Source: Vulcanimicrobiota bacterium
GTDB lineage: Bacteria > Vulcanimicrobiota > Vulcanimicrobiia > Vulcanimicrobiales > Vulcanimicrobiaceae
Reading direction: 5' to 3'
DNA length: 64,000 nucleotides
Assembly (NCBI GenBank): GCA_963714015.1
Contig: OY970223.1
Coordinates: 160,001 to 224,000, forward strand
Both the position numbers and the translations under genes were made by a program. The notes beneath the pieces were generated by a model, which did no database searches, had not been told where the DNA came from, and worked only from the letters and a program-made list of their open reading frames with translations. Positions 31,780 to 42,636 of this stretch are shown in pieces (position 1 is the stretch's first letter; each line of letters starts with the position of its first letter).

Positions 31780-32910
31780 ATGCGCATCGCCTTCGTCTGT
31801 CCTTTGCTTCCGCCGCATTATAACGGATGCGGAGACGCAACGGATCGGCTTGTGCGCGAGTTCCGGGAACGCGGCGACGAAACGCTCGTGCTTACCGACG
31901 ACGTCGCCGGCGTACTGCATCCCTTTCCGATGAAGAGCGTCGGCGGGTGGGGCGTGCGCTCGCTCTTCGAAACGAAACGCGCGGTGGCGGCCTTCCGGCC
32001 CGACGCGGTGATGATGCAGTATACGCCTTTTCTCTATCCGCCGCGGTCGTTGTATCCGGCGCTGGCATTGCGAGGATTACGCGGTTATCGCCGCATCCTG
32101 TACGCGCACGAGTTCTTCTATTCCGCGCAGAGCGTTGCCGTGCGGGGTCGCGCAAAAGCCGCCTACCTCGCGCTGCGCGACAAGGCCGCCCTGAGCGCCG
32201 CCGATTGGATCTACGTGGCAGGCACCGCACGGCGCGATGCTTTACTGCAGAAGCTGCCCGCGCTCGCCTCTCGCGTGAAGGTCGTTCCGTTCGGCGCAAA
32301 TGTGGAGCCGCGTCTGCCGCTCGCCGGCCGCCGCGTGCCCTATGCGCCCTACCGGCTGACGGCGTTCGGCATCGTCATGGCCCGCCGGCGAATCGAACTG
32401 CTCGTGCGCACGATTGCCGCCCTGGCGATCTCGGGCCTCGATGCGCAGCTGACCGTCGTCGGACGCGTACAAGAGCCGCAGTACCGCGAAGAATGCGAAA
32501 ACTTGGCGCGCCGCCTGCACGTCGGCGAACGGGTGCGCTTCAGCGGCCCGCTGCCCGGACCGCAATTGGCGGATGAATTCGCGCAGACCGACTTATTCGT
32601 GCACGCCGCCGCCGAAGGAGCGATTCCGTCCGCCGGAAGTTTGCTGGCCGCGCTTGCGCACGGCGTTCCGGTCCTTTGTGCTCGCACCGATTCCGACGAT
32701 GCGCTGTTTTCCGATGCTGCCGTTATCGCCGAAGCAGATCCGGATGCACTCGCCTCAGCAGCGCGTGCGCTTTTAACGAACGCCGAAGAGCTTCAGCGCC
32801 GCGCCGGACTTTGCCGCAAACTCTACGAGCGCGAGTTCGGTTGGCCCCGGATGGCGGACGCCATCGCGCGAGACTCGGCGCACGACGTCCCGATCTATGC
32901 CGCGCTGTAA
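31780..32910 (+). CDS. GT4 family glycosyltransferase
   Basis: MRIAFVCP N-terminus; GT-B C-terminal motif EGAIPSAGSLLAALAHGVPV. Confidence 0.8.
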   Translation: MRIAFVCPLLPPHYNGCGDATDRLVREFRERGDETLVLTDDVAGVLHPFPMKSVGGWGVRSLFETKRAVAAFRPDAVMMQYTPFLYPPRSLYPALALRGLRGYRRILYAHEFFYSAQSVAVRGRAKAAYLALRDKAALSAADWIYVAGTARRDALLQKLPALASRVKVVPFGANVEPRLPLAGRRVPYAPYRLTAFGIVMARRRIELLVRTIAALAISGLDAQLTVVGRVQEPQYREECENLARRLHVGERVRFSGPLPGPQLADEFAQTDLFVHAAAEGAIPSAGSLLAALAHGVPVLCARTDSDDALFSDAAVIAEADPDALASAARALLTNAEELQRRAGLCRKLYEREFGWPRMADAIARDSAHDVPIYAAL

Positions 32911-33872
32911 ATCGCGGTTTGTCTGACGAACCAGGCGACGGTCTTGGCGATGCCCTCGTCCACACTGGTCGACGGCGCCCATCCGTACTGCCGGGCGCGC
33001 GCGAGATCCGGCCGGCGGCGAGACGGATCTTCCGGCCGCGGCGGCAGCTGCTCCACTTCAAACGGAACGCCGAGCGTTCGCGCCACGCGTGAGGCGATCT
33101 CGTTCACCGAGAGTTCCTCGTCGTTGCCCAGGTTCACCGGAGTCAACTTCGGCATCGCGCATTGCGCGACGTGCAGAATACCTTCCACGACGTCGTCGAC
33201 ATACGTCAGCGAACGAGTTTGCTTGCCGGTCCCGTGAATCGGCAGCGGTTTGCGCTCCATCGCCGCAGTAATCAGCGCCGGAATCAGGCGCCCGTCATCG
33301 GCCTTCATGCGAGGCCCGTAACAGTTGAACAAACGCACGACCCTCGCATTGAGGTTTCGGGAGGCGACGGCAACGGATATCGCCGCCTCACCGAAACGCT
33401 TGCCTTCGTCGTAGCATGCGCGCGGCCCGACCGGGTTCACGTTGCCGAAGTACGTCTCCGGCTGTGGATTGACGAGCGGATCGCCGTAGACTTCCGACGT
33501 GGACGTGTAAACGAGCAGTGCGCCCTGCTCGAGCGCCACCTCTACCAAGGCCATCGTGCCGAGCGCGTTTACCGCGAGCGTCTCCCACGGGCGCGCACCG
33601 TAGGCTTCAGGACTGGCCGGAGAGGCTAAATGATAGATCGCTTCGAGCGGTTCACCGCTCGCGTGGAGTAACTCGGCTTTGATCCGCTCGGCCGGCGAGG
33701 CAACGTCACAGTAGACTAAGGTCGCGCCGCCGCGTTCGATCGCCCACTCCAGATTGCCGATGCAGCCGCTTGAGAGATCGTCCATAACCACGACGTGCTT
33801 TCCGTCTTTGCAAAGCCGATCGACCAAATGACTTCCGACGAACCCGGCACCGCCGGTAACCAAGACAGCCAT
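32895..33872 (-). CDS. UDP-glucuronate decarboxylase-like NAD-dependent epimerase/dehydratase
   Basis: TGGAGFVGS, HLASPASP, STSEVYGDP, CYDEGKR and FNCYGPRM motifs. Confidence 0.88.
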   Translation of the reverse strand: MAVLVTGGAGFVGSHLVDRLCKDGKHVVVMDDLSSGCIGNLEWAIERGGATLVYCDVASPAERIKAELLHASGEPLEAIYHLASPASPEAYGARPWETLAVNALGTMALVEVALEQGALLVYTSTSEVYGDPLVNPQPETYFGNVNPVGPRACYDEGKRFGEAAISVAVASRNLNARVVRLFNCYGPRMKADDGRLIPALITAAMERKPLPIHGTGKQTRSLTYVDDVVEGILHVAQCAMPKLTPVNLGNDEELSVNEIASRVARTLGVPFEVEQLPPRPEDPSRRRPDLARARQYGWAPSTSVDEGIAKTVAWFVRQTAIYSAA

Positions 33873-33873
33873 G

Positions 33874-35202
33874 TTACGTTGTTTCTCCCTCGACGCGTTT
33901 GGGAAGTGCGACGATGCCTGAAAGTAGCCAGAAGATCTGCGCCACCGGCGCGTACTCGAACGATCCTTGCGTCCATATCCCGCTCACGAGCAATGCGCCT
34001 TGCAGCGATGCAAAGGTGATGTAGGCGGCGCGCGATTCGATCGACTTGGCCGCTCGCGAAGCGCGAACGGCGAGCATGAAGAACGTACCTTGACAGAGCA
34101 GCAAGACCACCACACCCGGTATCCCCGATTGATACAGGGTAGCGTAGTATAAATTGTCGACGAGCAACGGTGGTTGGCCGCTGTTCTTGTTCAGACGGCC
34201 TCCGGCTCCGGTGGATCCCAAGCCCATCCCGAACAAATGCCGCGGCAGCGTCATCAGCACGATGTGTTCGCTGCGCCGGCGGGTCTCCGCGCTGTAATCG
34301 ATGTTCGCCGAGCCGTAGCGCGTGCTCAGAAGGCCGCCTCCGGCGCGCAGGGCGAGCGGAATCGCGAGCAGCAGAATACTGAACGCGAGCACGGCCGGCA
34401 CGCGCATCGAACGGTGGCGCCACGATAGGACCAAGAAGACGAGCAGGCCGCCGCCCAACGCGGCGGACGACGCGCGAGAGCCCGACAAGAGCAGCGCAAT
34501 TGCCATGCAGGGCAGGCAGATCGCGAACCAAAGCCGCCCTAAACCGCGCGACCGCGCAAGCGCACCGGCCGCCAGAATAAATCCGGCGCACATCGCAAGC
34601 CCGAGCGATGCCGGATCGACGAGCGTTCCGTACGCGCGCATGAACTGCGCCGCCAACCCCCCGCCGTCCGGCGTTTGGTATGACGAAAACTTCTGCGAGA
34701 GGGCAAAGAGTGAAGGCGAGATTGAGTTCCACGTGTCGGGCGCAATGCTTTGAAAGATTCCCGCCAGCGCCGGAATCATCATGAAGAGGATCGCCGCATT
34801 GATGGTGTTCGTCACCCGCCTGGGATTGGTGAAGTAGACGACGCCGACCACGAACAGCAGCGCAAACAGCAGCAGCGCGCGAAATCCGGCAACGCCGGAC
34901 ATCATATCCGATTGTGCCGGATTGATGATCTGCGCGGTCATGTACCCAACGTAAAGGCCCCAAGCCCAAAGACCTTGCCATTTCCCTTGCGGACGGTCCC
35001 ACGGCTTGAGCGCGATCGTCAGCAACGCCGCTACGAGGAGAAAGACGAGCGCGCTGTCCTTGAGCACGAAGAAGACCGGATTGCCGTGCGTGTTTTTCAG
35101 AAACCCGTCGACGCACGAAATGAACAGCAGGGAGATGCCGACGGCCGCCGTGGCCATCACCCTGCGGTTCGGTCGTTGACTAACGAGTTGCAACGACCTC
35201 AC
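33874..35202 (-). CDS. O-antigen ligase / Wzy polymerase family membrane protein
   Basis: Multi-TM; RAYGTL, LSGSRAS, GMGLG and DNLY...YQSGIPG motifs. Confidence 0.75.
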   Translation of the reverse strand: MRSLQLVSQRPNRRVMATAAVGISLLFISCVDGFLKNTHGNPVFFVLKDSALVFLLVAALLTIALKPWDRPQGKWQGLWAWGLYVGYMTAQIINPAQSDMMSGVAGFRALLLFALLFVVGVVYFTNPRRVTNTINAAILFMMIPALAGIFQSIAPDTWNSISPSLFALSQKFSSYQTPDGGGLAAQFMRAYGTLVDPASLGLAMCAGFILAAGALARSRGLGRLWFAICLPCMAIALLLSGSRASSAALGGGLLVFLVLSWRHRSMRVPAVLAFSILLLAIPLALRAGGGLLSTRYGSANIDYSAETRRRSEHIVLMTLPRHLFGMGLGSTGAGGRLNKNSGQPPLLVDNLYYATLYQSGIPGVVVLLLCQGTFFMLAVRASRAAKSIESRAAYITFASLQGALLVSGIWTQGSFEYAPVAQIFWLLSGIVALPKRVEGETT

Positions 35203-35878
35203 CCGCCGTCGCCACTATGGGGAGCGTAGGAAGCGTCATCACCGGTTCTACCGTCGTTTCGGGCACGGCCGGCGCTTCGGCTCCGGCGCGCATTGCCGGT
35301 TCCGGACGTCGATCGGTCGCGCGTCCGATAGCGACGACGCCGAGAATCGATCCGCCTACGTGCCGCAGCGACGCCATGAGTTCTTGATCGGCGCGCGCCG
35401 GTTTGCGTCCGAAGCGGAAGCCCAGAATCACCCCTTGACTGCCGGCGGCGAACTGCATTGCCATCGGATTGTTGGCGATGACGCCGGCGCTGATAATCGT
35501 CACGTCGTAACTGCTGCGCAGGTCGCCCAGGATCGAGCACAATTTAACGAACGAGGTGTTGGTATGCGGCGCATTCTTCGCAACGGCCACCGCGGACAAA
35601 TTCTTGATCGTGCCGTTGACGGCGCTCTTCGGAATAGCCGCGATCTCCGAGGCAGCCGGGACCTTTAGTCCGAGTTCATCCTTGAGCATTTCGCCGCCGT
35701 ACGGATCCACCACGACGGTTCGATAGCCGGCTTCGGCGAACGCTTTGCTCAAGTTGCCCGCGACCATCCCGGGATCGTCCTCTTCGGTCGCGGCCCCCAC
35801 CACGACAATGGCCGGCATCGTGAGTGCCGCTTCGAGGGTGACGCGCAGTGCCGCGTATTCTTCGCTTACGGGTTTCAT
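35180..35878 (-). CDS. CpsD/Wzc-like BY-kinase domain with degenerate Walker A
   Basis: NLSKAFAEAGYRTVVVD, YDVTII and ILGVV motifs; follows the co-polymerase gene. Confidence 0.6.
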   Translation of the reverse strand: MKPVSEEYAALRVTLEAALTMPAIVVVGAATEEDDPGMVAGNLSKAFAEAGYRTVVVDPYGGEMLKDELGLKVPAASEIAAIPKSAVNGTIKNLSAVAVAKNAPHTNTSFVKLCSILGDLRSSYDVTIISAGVIANNPMAMQFAAGSQGVILGFRFGRKPARADQELMASLRHVGGSILGVVAIGRATDRRPEPAMRAGAEAPAVPETTVEPVMTLPTLPIVATAGEVVATR

Positions 35879-35894
35879 GTTGAATGGCTCCTGA

Positions 35895-37223
35895 CTAGTC
35901 GGTGGTGATGGTCCCGAGCACGGGACGTCCGTAGAGATTCTCGACTGCTGCGACTGTGCGGATCCGCGGATCCATCAGTTCGAGCAGGAACGCTAAGGCG
36001 AATGCCACGATGACGAATCCGCCGAAGGTTCCGACGATCCCGACCATCGTGCGTTTGTCGATCGATTGAAAGGCCATGGACGCGCGGTCGATGATGGCGA
36101 CGGAACCAACGTCCGCTTCTTGCGCCGTCGTCGCGAGAACGTCGACGTACTTGCCGGCAAGCGTTTGATACTCGGTGACCATCAGGTCGCGCTGGCGCCG
36201 CAAATCACCGAGCTTCACGCCCATGCCCGGCACCGCTTGAAGATGATCTTCGGTTTGCGCGATTTGACTGTCGATGGCGTTCACGCGCGCGGTGTCGGAC
36301 GCAAGTTTGGCGTCGACGCTACCCTGAGCGGAGAGCGCCGCGACGTAGGAGGGGCTGACAGTGGTCTTGGATGTCAGCGCCGATTGCTGCGCCGCCGCCA
36401 GCTGAGCTTTCTCTTGCGCAACCGTCGCTTGAAGACCGGGCAGGCCCGGGTAGCCGTTCCTGTAGTCGGACCGCATCGTCGCAAGCTCTGCTTCGTCGGA
36501 AGATGCTTGCGCCTTCAGCTTTTCATAGTACGGATCGCTCGCGGCCTTCTCTTGCTCGATAACCGGTGCGATCTCGGCAAGATGCCGGGCTAGGGCTGCC
36601 CCTTGCGCGCGGTCGCCGATCATCTCCGCCTGAAGGCTGTCACGCTGGCTCTGCAGGCCGACGATCTGCTGCGCGAGGGCCTGCGCCGCGTCGCTGTCGG
36701 CATTGTACGGGTCCTGGATCGTCGCCTGCTGCAGCTTCGCATCGACTTTCTCGATCTGGGCGCGCTTCAGGTCCATTTGTTTCTGCAAGTAACTCGAAAC
36801 GACGTCGAAGCGCTGCGAGGCGATCTGCTTGTAATACTTCTCCAGTTCTATGGCCGCTGCGTTCGCGCCCCGGACCGCCTCTCTCGGTGAACGATCGCTA
36901 TACGCGATCGGCATCACGTTCGAGCCGAAATTCACGTGCGCGACGATTCGGCCCTGAATGACGGGCAACGGCACGTCCTCATGGAGGTTACGCTTGACGC
37001 CCTCCAGCACGACGGAACTCGTAGCGAGCGTCTGCAAGTCGATCCCGGTGGTGATCGGAGAACCGCCTGCGTGCACGCCGATCGCAAGAACTTGCGCCGT
37101 CGCCGTGTACTGCTTCGGCGACGTCGCGAAGATCGCCGCAGCGAGCACGAAGCCGATGACCACGACGTACGCGATCAGCCACTTACGGCGCTTGAGAATG
37201 TCTATTACGGTTCCAAAATCCAT
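35895..37223 (-). CDS. Polysaccharide co-polymerase (Wzz/GumC/Wzc N-terminal part)
   Basis: LKRRKWLI-TM, long coiled coil, C-terminal TM and DPRIRT....YGRPVLG. Confidence 0.8.
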   Translation of the reverse strand: MDFGTVIDILKRRKWLIAYVVVIGFVLAAAIFATSPKQYTATAQVLAIGVHAGGSPITTGIDLQTLATSSVVLEGVKRNLHEDVPLPVIQGRIVAHVNFGSNVMPIAYSDRSPREAVRGANAAAIELEKYYKQIASQRFDVVSSYLQKQMDLKRAQIEKVDAKLQQATIQDPYNADSDAAQALAQQIVGLQSQRDSLQAEMIGDRAQGAALARHLAEIAPVIEQEKAASDPYYEKLKAQASSDEAELATMRSDYRNGYPGLPGLQATVAQEKAQLAAAQQSALTSKTTVSPSYVAALSAQGSVDAKLASDTARVNAIDSQIAQTEDHLQAVPGMGVKLGDLRRQRDLMVTEYQTLAGKYVDVLATTAQEADVGSVAIIDRASMAFQSIDKRTMVGIVGTFGGFVIVAFALAFLLELMDPRIRTVAAVENLYGRPVLGTITTD

Positions 37224-37235
37224 GACGCTCTACTT

Positions 37236-38547
37236 TCAAACGGCGTTGGCAAGTGAGATCTGTTCGTTGAGTACGCTTCGACCGATTCCGCGATAAAGTA
37301 ATCCCGCCGAGGCGATCCGTTCGGGATCCAGGAGATTGCGGCCGTCCACCACCAAACGCCCGCGCAGGCGCCCGGCATACTCGGCCGGGTCGATTGCCGC
37401 GAACATCGGCCATTCGGTGAGCACGAGCAGCGCGTCCGCATCGGTGACGGCCAGGGGCGAGTTGAGAACCTTGCAGGGAACGTTCATCGGAAGTGCATGC
37501 ACGCCCGGATCGTACGCTTGCAGCGTCGCACCGCGCGCCGCCAAGTCGCGAATAATGCGCAGAGCCAGCGAGTCGCGGACGTCGTTAGTACCCGCTTTGA
37601 ACGCGAGTCCCCAAATGCCGATCGTTCGTCCCGCGAGATCCCCGAGTTCCGCCTCCAGCGCTTGGACGACGACGTTCGGCTGCCGATCGTTTACTTCTAG
37701 AATCGCAGTGAGCAAAGAGCGGCCGGCGCCCAAACGGGTGGCGACGTGATGCAGGCTTTTCACGTCTTTTTCGAAGCAAGGGCCGCCGAAACCGATTCCC
37801 GGATTCAGAAACAACGACCCGATACGCTTGTCGTAGCCGACGCCGCGCAGCACGTCGTCGGCGCTGGCGTCGGTCTTGGCGCAAAAGTTCGCGACTTCGT
37901 TCGCGAAGTCTGATCTTGAGCGCCAAGAATGCATTGGACCACCCTTTGATCAGCTCCGCTTCCCGTAATTCCGTGATCAAGATCGGGCGGTGCAGCGCCT
38001 CGAAGAGCCGCGCATACGCGATTGCCGCTCCGTTGCGCCGGCAGCCGATCACGATGCGATCGGGATGCAGAAAATCGTTGAGGGCCGTGCCCTCGCGCAG
38101 GAATTCCGGATGGTAGAGGACCGTGTGCCGGCCATGCAGCCGCCGTTCGATCAGATCGCTGGTCCCGACCGGGACCGTGGAACGAACGACGACGATCGAC
38201 CACTTCGGAAGCTGCGCGTCCAAAATGGCTTGAATCGCCGCATCGAGCCCGCTTAAATCCGCCGAACCGTCCTCGGATGCGGGCGTCCCCACCGTCAGGA
38301 CGATGAAGCGCGCACCCTCGAGCGCCGATGCGGGATCGTCTACGAATGAAATGCGGTCCGAGGCGAGATGTTTGTGCAGCATCTCGGTAATACCGGCCTC
38401 GTGGTACGGCGTAACGCCCGCACGCAGTCCGGCGATCCTATCGCGCAGGACGTCGTAGCCGACGACTTTGCAGCCGAGTTCGGCGAAACCGATTGCGGAA
38501 GCCATGCCGACGTAACCCGTGCCGACGATACAGATTTTGCTTTCCAT
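37236..38547 (-). CDS. ugd: UDP-glucose 6-dehydrogenase, frameshift near 37912
   Basis: GTGYVG, PEFLREG and NAFLALKI in one frame; GFGGPCFEKD and GLAFK in the next. Confidence 0.88.
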
Positions 38548-38554
38548 GCGTTCT

Positions 38555-39163
38555 CTAAAAGGCTCCGTTGGCAGAGATGACGGCTTTGAAAGTACGGGCC
38601 AGAAGAATTCCGTCCGTGATCGGTGAGGCCGTTTCGATGTAGTGAAGATCGAGCAGTGTCGCTTCGGGGAGCGCCAGCGGCAGATTCGAACGCTCGCTGA
38701 TTTGCCAAAGCCCCGTCACGCCGGGCTCGACCAGATGACGCAAATGCTGCCACTTCGCGTACTTTTCGACCACGAAGGGCATCTCGGGCCTCGGCCCGAC
38801 CAGCGACATCTCGCCGCGCAAGACGTTTACGAGCTGCGGCAGCTCGTCGATCGAGGTCTTCCGAAGCAATTTCCCCACCCGCGTGATCCGCTCGTCTTGC
38901 GGGTCTGCCGGCGAGAGTTCGTCGCCGCAGCGCTGTTTGCGCATCGTGCGCAGTTTGTACATGACGAACGGACGCTCGAATTTTCCGATGCGGCGCTGCT
39001 TGAAGACGACCGGAAATCCATCTTCCATCGCGATCGCCGCTACGGCCAGCAACAGCACCGGCGCAGCCGCGCATAGCGCGAGGCTCGCGAGCACGACGTT
39101 CATGAAACGCCGCGCCCGCATGTAAACCCGCCGTTCGCGGTAGACGAGCGTCCGAACGTGCAT
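38555..39163 (-). CDS. Priming sugar (phosphoglycosyl) transferase
   Basis: KLRTM, DERITRVG, SIDELPQL and MSLVGPRPE motifs. Confidence 0.92.
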   Translation of the reverse strand: MHVRTLVYRERRVYMRARRFMNVVLASLALCAAAPVLLLAVAAIAMEDGFPVVFKQRRIGKFERPFVMYKLRTMRKQRCGDELSPADPQDERITRVGKLLRKTSIDELPQLVNVLRGEMSLVGPRPEMPFVVEKYAKWQHLRHLVEPGVTGLWQISERSNLPLALPEATLLDLHYIETASPITDGILLARTFKAVISANGAF

Positions 39164-39164
39164 T

Positions 39165-40247
39165 CTAGAGGCGTCCACCCGGCAGCAGCCACCGCGCCCA
39201 GACCGCGTTTTGGAAGAACGATTTAAAATCGATCTTGTGGCCTTCGGGCACGAACACGACGTCGCCGTCCTCGATTGCCGGATTGCTCACCGGATTGCCG
39301 TGCTCCAAGTTCGCTAGGTTGTACGAGCGCGTTACGCCGTTATGCTTGACCATAACGGACTTGAGGTCGGCCCATTTGTTCGGTCCGCCTGCGGCATAGA
39401 CCGCACTGGCAAGCGTGAAGTCTTGTTTCAGGACGACTTCTCCGCCGCCGTTCACCGCTCCGATCACTTGAACGTGCTCTTCGGACGGAATCACCAGCGA
39501 ATCTCCGGGCTGCGCCGGAGCGCTGAATTCCGGGCTCGACTGCCCGATGTCGATTTCGGTACCGTTGCGCTTGAGCAGTATCTGTCCGTACGACGCACTG
39601 TCCGTCAATCCGCCGAGCTGATCGATCGCTGCCGAGAGGGGCTGTCCGGCGCTTAGATATGCCATACCGGGTGCTTTGACTGCGCCTTTGACCGAGACTC
39701 CGATCGGGCGATCGACGAACGTAATACGATCGCCGGGCTGCAGCGAGGGGCCGGCATCGCCGGTGGATTTCAGGGTTTCGATATCGTATGGGCCGAGCGC
39801 AAAACCGTCGCGGACGACCTTGACGCGTGTCGTGTCGCCGCGCGAGACGGACAGCGAGCACGTACACTCTTTCTCGATCTCGCCCATAGCGTTGAGCAGC
39901 GTCTCGCCGGGGCGATACTGCAGCATTCCGCCGGGGCCGCCGACGACGGACATGTCGAGCGACTGAGAGATGAGTACGACGTCGACGGCCGGATAGCGCA
40001 CGTACGATGCGAGTCGATCCTGAATCCTCGACGCGAGCTCCTTCTCGGTTACTCCGACCGCCGGCACCTCTCCGGCGAGCGGAATGGAAACCAAACCTTC
40101 CGCATTGACGACTGCTTGCGTCGCCAGTTCGGGATGGTTATAGACCGAGATTCGAAGTGTGTCGCCCGGATGGAGCGCCGCCTGGGCGGCGGCACCCATC
40201 GAGAGCGCGAGCACGGTTGCGGCAATTGCGGTACGCCAGAGCTGCAT
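39165..40247 (-). CDS. Polysaccharide export protein (Wza-like, Poly_export plus SLBB)
   Basis: Signal peptide; PGDTLRISV, GLVSIPLAG and repeated V.GAV..PG / GD.V.VP motifs. Confidence 0.85.
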   Translation of the reverse strand: MQLWRTAIAATVLALSMGAAAQAALHPGDTLRISVYNHPELATQAVVNAEGLVSIPLAGEVPAVGVTEKELASRIQDRLASYVRYPAVDVVLISQSLDMSVVGGPGGMLQYRPGETLLNAMGEIEKECTCSLSVSRGDTTRVKVVRDGFALGPYDIETLKSTGDAGPSLQPGDRITFVDRPIGVSVKGAVKAPGMAYLSAGQPLSAAIDQLGGLTDSASYGQILLKRNGTEIDIGQSSPEFSAPAQPGDSLVIPSEEHVQVIGAVNGGGEVVLKQDFTLASAVYAAGGPNKWADLKSVMVKHNGVTRSYNLANLEHGNPVSNPAIEDGDVVFVPEGHKIDFKSFFQNAVWARWLLPGGRL

Positions 40248-40269
40248 GATTCATCAATCCCGTTTCGGT

Positions 40270-41259
40270 TTAGGGTGTATTGAACGTCGTGATCGGCGAG
40301 ACGGCGAAGTCGATCTCTCCGGGAAGCTTCGGCGCCTGAACGGCACCTTGCGACGTGTAGACGTTGATGTACGGAACGTCGGAAGAGATCAGCATCACCT
40401 GGTACTGCGCCTTCGAGTAGAAATTGCCGGCCTCGACGCACTCGCTCGTCGAATTGGTGATCACGAAGCCGACCGTGATGAAACCGTTCTTCGGATTGTT
40501 GTTGAAGTGCGTAAGGAAATCCAAGAAGTATTCGTCGGATCCGGCCACCGGGTTCCAACTAACGTAAGCACTGCCCGCAGGGCATCCCGCCAGCGCGTTG
40601 CCTTTGAACGTTACCGAGGCCGCGGTTTGTCCTCCCAACATCGGCGCGTTCTGGGAGAGCAGGAACGACGCAGAACCGGCCGGCTTGGGAACGTTAGCGG
40701 CGTACGTGCCGCCGTGGTTTGAAGAGTCTTGATTTGCTTTATCGCCGATCAGCAACACTGTCGTGGAGGCCTTAGCCGGGAACGGCTGGCCCTTGATCCA
40801 TAACGGATTGCTGACCGTCATGTTATACGGTTTGGGGAGCTTCGGATTGTCGTTCGAGCACTCGCACAAACCGCTCGAGTCCCGGAACGTCATCAAGAAA
40901 GCGACTGCGGGTTCGATCTTGTTCTTCGCGCGCAAAATTGAAGCGGTTCCGCCGGTGACCTGCAGGCTGAACTTCGGCCCCGGGTTTTGGGAGAGCGTGT
41001 GGACCGATTGCATCGAGCGCACAGAGAGCGGCTGCGCGGTGTATCCGGCGTCCTGCTCCAGCTCGCTGAGCACGTCCGAACCGTCCAGGCTGAAGAGATC
41101 TTCGGCTGTGATGCTTTGGCTCTGCGGACTACCGCTGCCGCCGGAGTTGGCATTGGAGATGGCGCTCGATGCGCCGCCTCCGCTGCATCCGGTAAGCACG
41201 AGCAAAAGAGCAACCGACCCTAACCAGAAAGCATTTTTATGCATAAAATTCTCCGGCAT
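40270..41259 (-). CDS. Hypothetical lipoprotein
   Basis: Lipobox LTGC followed by a Ser/Gly linker. Confidence 0.65.
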   Translation of the reverse strand: MPENFMHKNAFWLGSVALLLVLTGCSGGGASSAISNANSGGSGSPQSQSITAEDLFSLDGSDVLSELEQDAGYTAQPLSVRSMQSVHTLSQNPGPKFSLQVTGGTASILRAKNKIEPAVAFLMTFRDSSGLCECSNDNPKLPKPYNMTVSNPLWIKGQPFPAKASTTVLLIGDKANQDSSNHGGTYAANVPKPAGSASFLLSQNAPMLGGQTAASVTFKGNALAGCPAGSAYVSWNPVAGSDEYFLDFLTHFNNNPKNGFITVGFVITNSTSECVEAGNFYSKAQYQVMLISSDVPYINVYTSQGAVQAPKLPGEIDFAVSPITTFNTP

Positions 41260-41375
41260 CTATAGATTTAAGAATCATAACCAAAGGCCGGCTGCGGCAT
41301 AAGAGCGGCCTGCACCAGGCCGGCAATAGGTATCTCACGACGACGCACAGCGCAGTTGGCGCGAGTCGTATGAGA

Positions 41376-41763
41376 CTAACGGCGTATGCTCAGGTGATAC
41401 TTCAGCGCTAAGCGCGCGCGCAAAAACATCGCACGAAACGGCGATCGCAGAGACGAACGGATTATGCGGCCGCCGCGCCGCACTTCGATGACGGTGCCCA
41501 GCAGCATCCGGGGGTCGACCGTTTCGCGAACGGTCACGCTCGCGTCTCCCGCCGTCAGCAGTGAGGCACCCGTTCCGACGAGCCGGTGAGCTGATCAGCA
41601 AATCGCGGTGTGCAAACACCACAACGTCACCGAAACGCGCCTTGCGATGCGGATCGACCAGCAGCTCGTCGCCGTCACGAATTCCCGGCGCCATACTCTT
41701 GCCGCTCAAACGCATGCGCCAAGGCTGCGTGGGACGTGCCATCGAGAGAACCTCGGCCAGCAT
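41376..41763 (-). CDS. S24/S26 family (signal peptidase I-like) peptidase, frameshift near 41592
   Basis: GKSMAPGIRDGD and GDVVVF, then in a shifted frame HRLV...LTAGDA; stop TAG at 41376. Confidence 0.75.
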
Positions 41764-41765
41764 TA

Positions 41766-42630
41766 CTACGCTACTGCGGATTCGGCGCCCGCGGTGAGCC
41801 GCCCGACGAGCTCGACGCTGTCCTGCGGCGCCCCTAGAGTCAAGGCGTAGAGCCGGCACTTCGAGAGCGCGTTGATCACGCGATCGACGACGCGCAGACG
41901 ATTGCTGTCGATCGTCGTTTGAATCTCGCTGCCGACGGCCATGAAAATCGCTTCCGAAAGCGGCAGTGGACGCGCGCGCGCGCTTCGTCCTCTGCCGACG
42001 ACAAAGAAGAAGGCCGTTCGCTTAGCGGTTGCCGCCCACTCGGAGGTCAGCGTTCCGGAGGGATCGACGCTCTCCCAATTCAGATCGAGCGACGTCAGTC
42101 CGAGCAGCCGCCGGGCGCCGGCGCGGACCGAAAACAGGCGCGGAAAAGCTTCGACTTCGTCGGTCGCGGTATTGACCAACGCAAACTCGTCCGACAGCGG
42201 ACGATTCTCCGGAGAGGCTGAGAATGAGCGCCATCGACGTGGTGCTCTTACCGCTCGTCGTCGGCCCGACTATCACCGCAGCCCGGTCGCCAAGCGCCAC
42301 CGCTCCGGCGTGAAAGACCACAAGTTCCGGACGCAGACGGAAAATGCGCGCGTTGATGGCAAGCATCGCGCGCCCTTCGATCGACGCGGGCGAGAGCCGC
42401 CCCGAGGCAAACGGTTCGTCGTCGAACACGCGGATGAACTCGTCGCCGATCAAAACGCCGGCGGATCGCCCGTGCGTGATAATATACGCGCTAAGTACCG
42501 GATCCGCTGTCGAACGGTTCAGCATGCGCGCATACCGGCGCTCGATAAGCTCGGTAACGCGGTCGTCGTCACACCCAATTTGGACGGGAATGCCCGCGAT
42601 CGATAGGCGTGCGATGACCGAACCCTCCGC
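41766..42630 (-). CDS. HprK-related kinase 1, frameshift near 42215; start uncertain
   Basis: FHAGAV and Walker A GPTTSGKST, then LSDEFALV...AFPR in a shifted frame. Confidence 0.78.
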
Positions 42631-42636
42631 TCAGTC

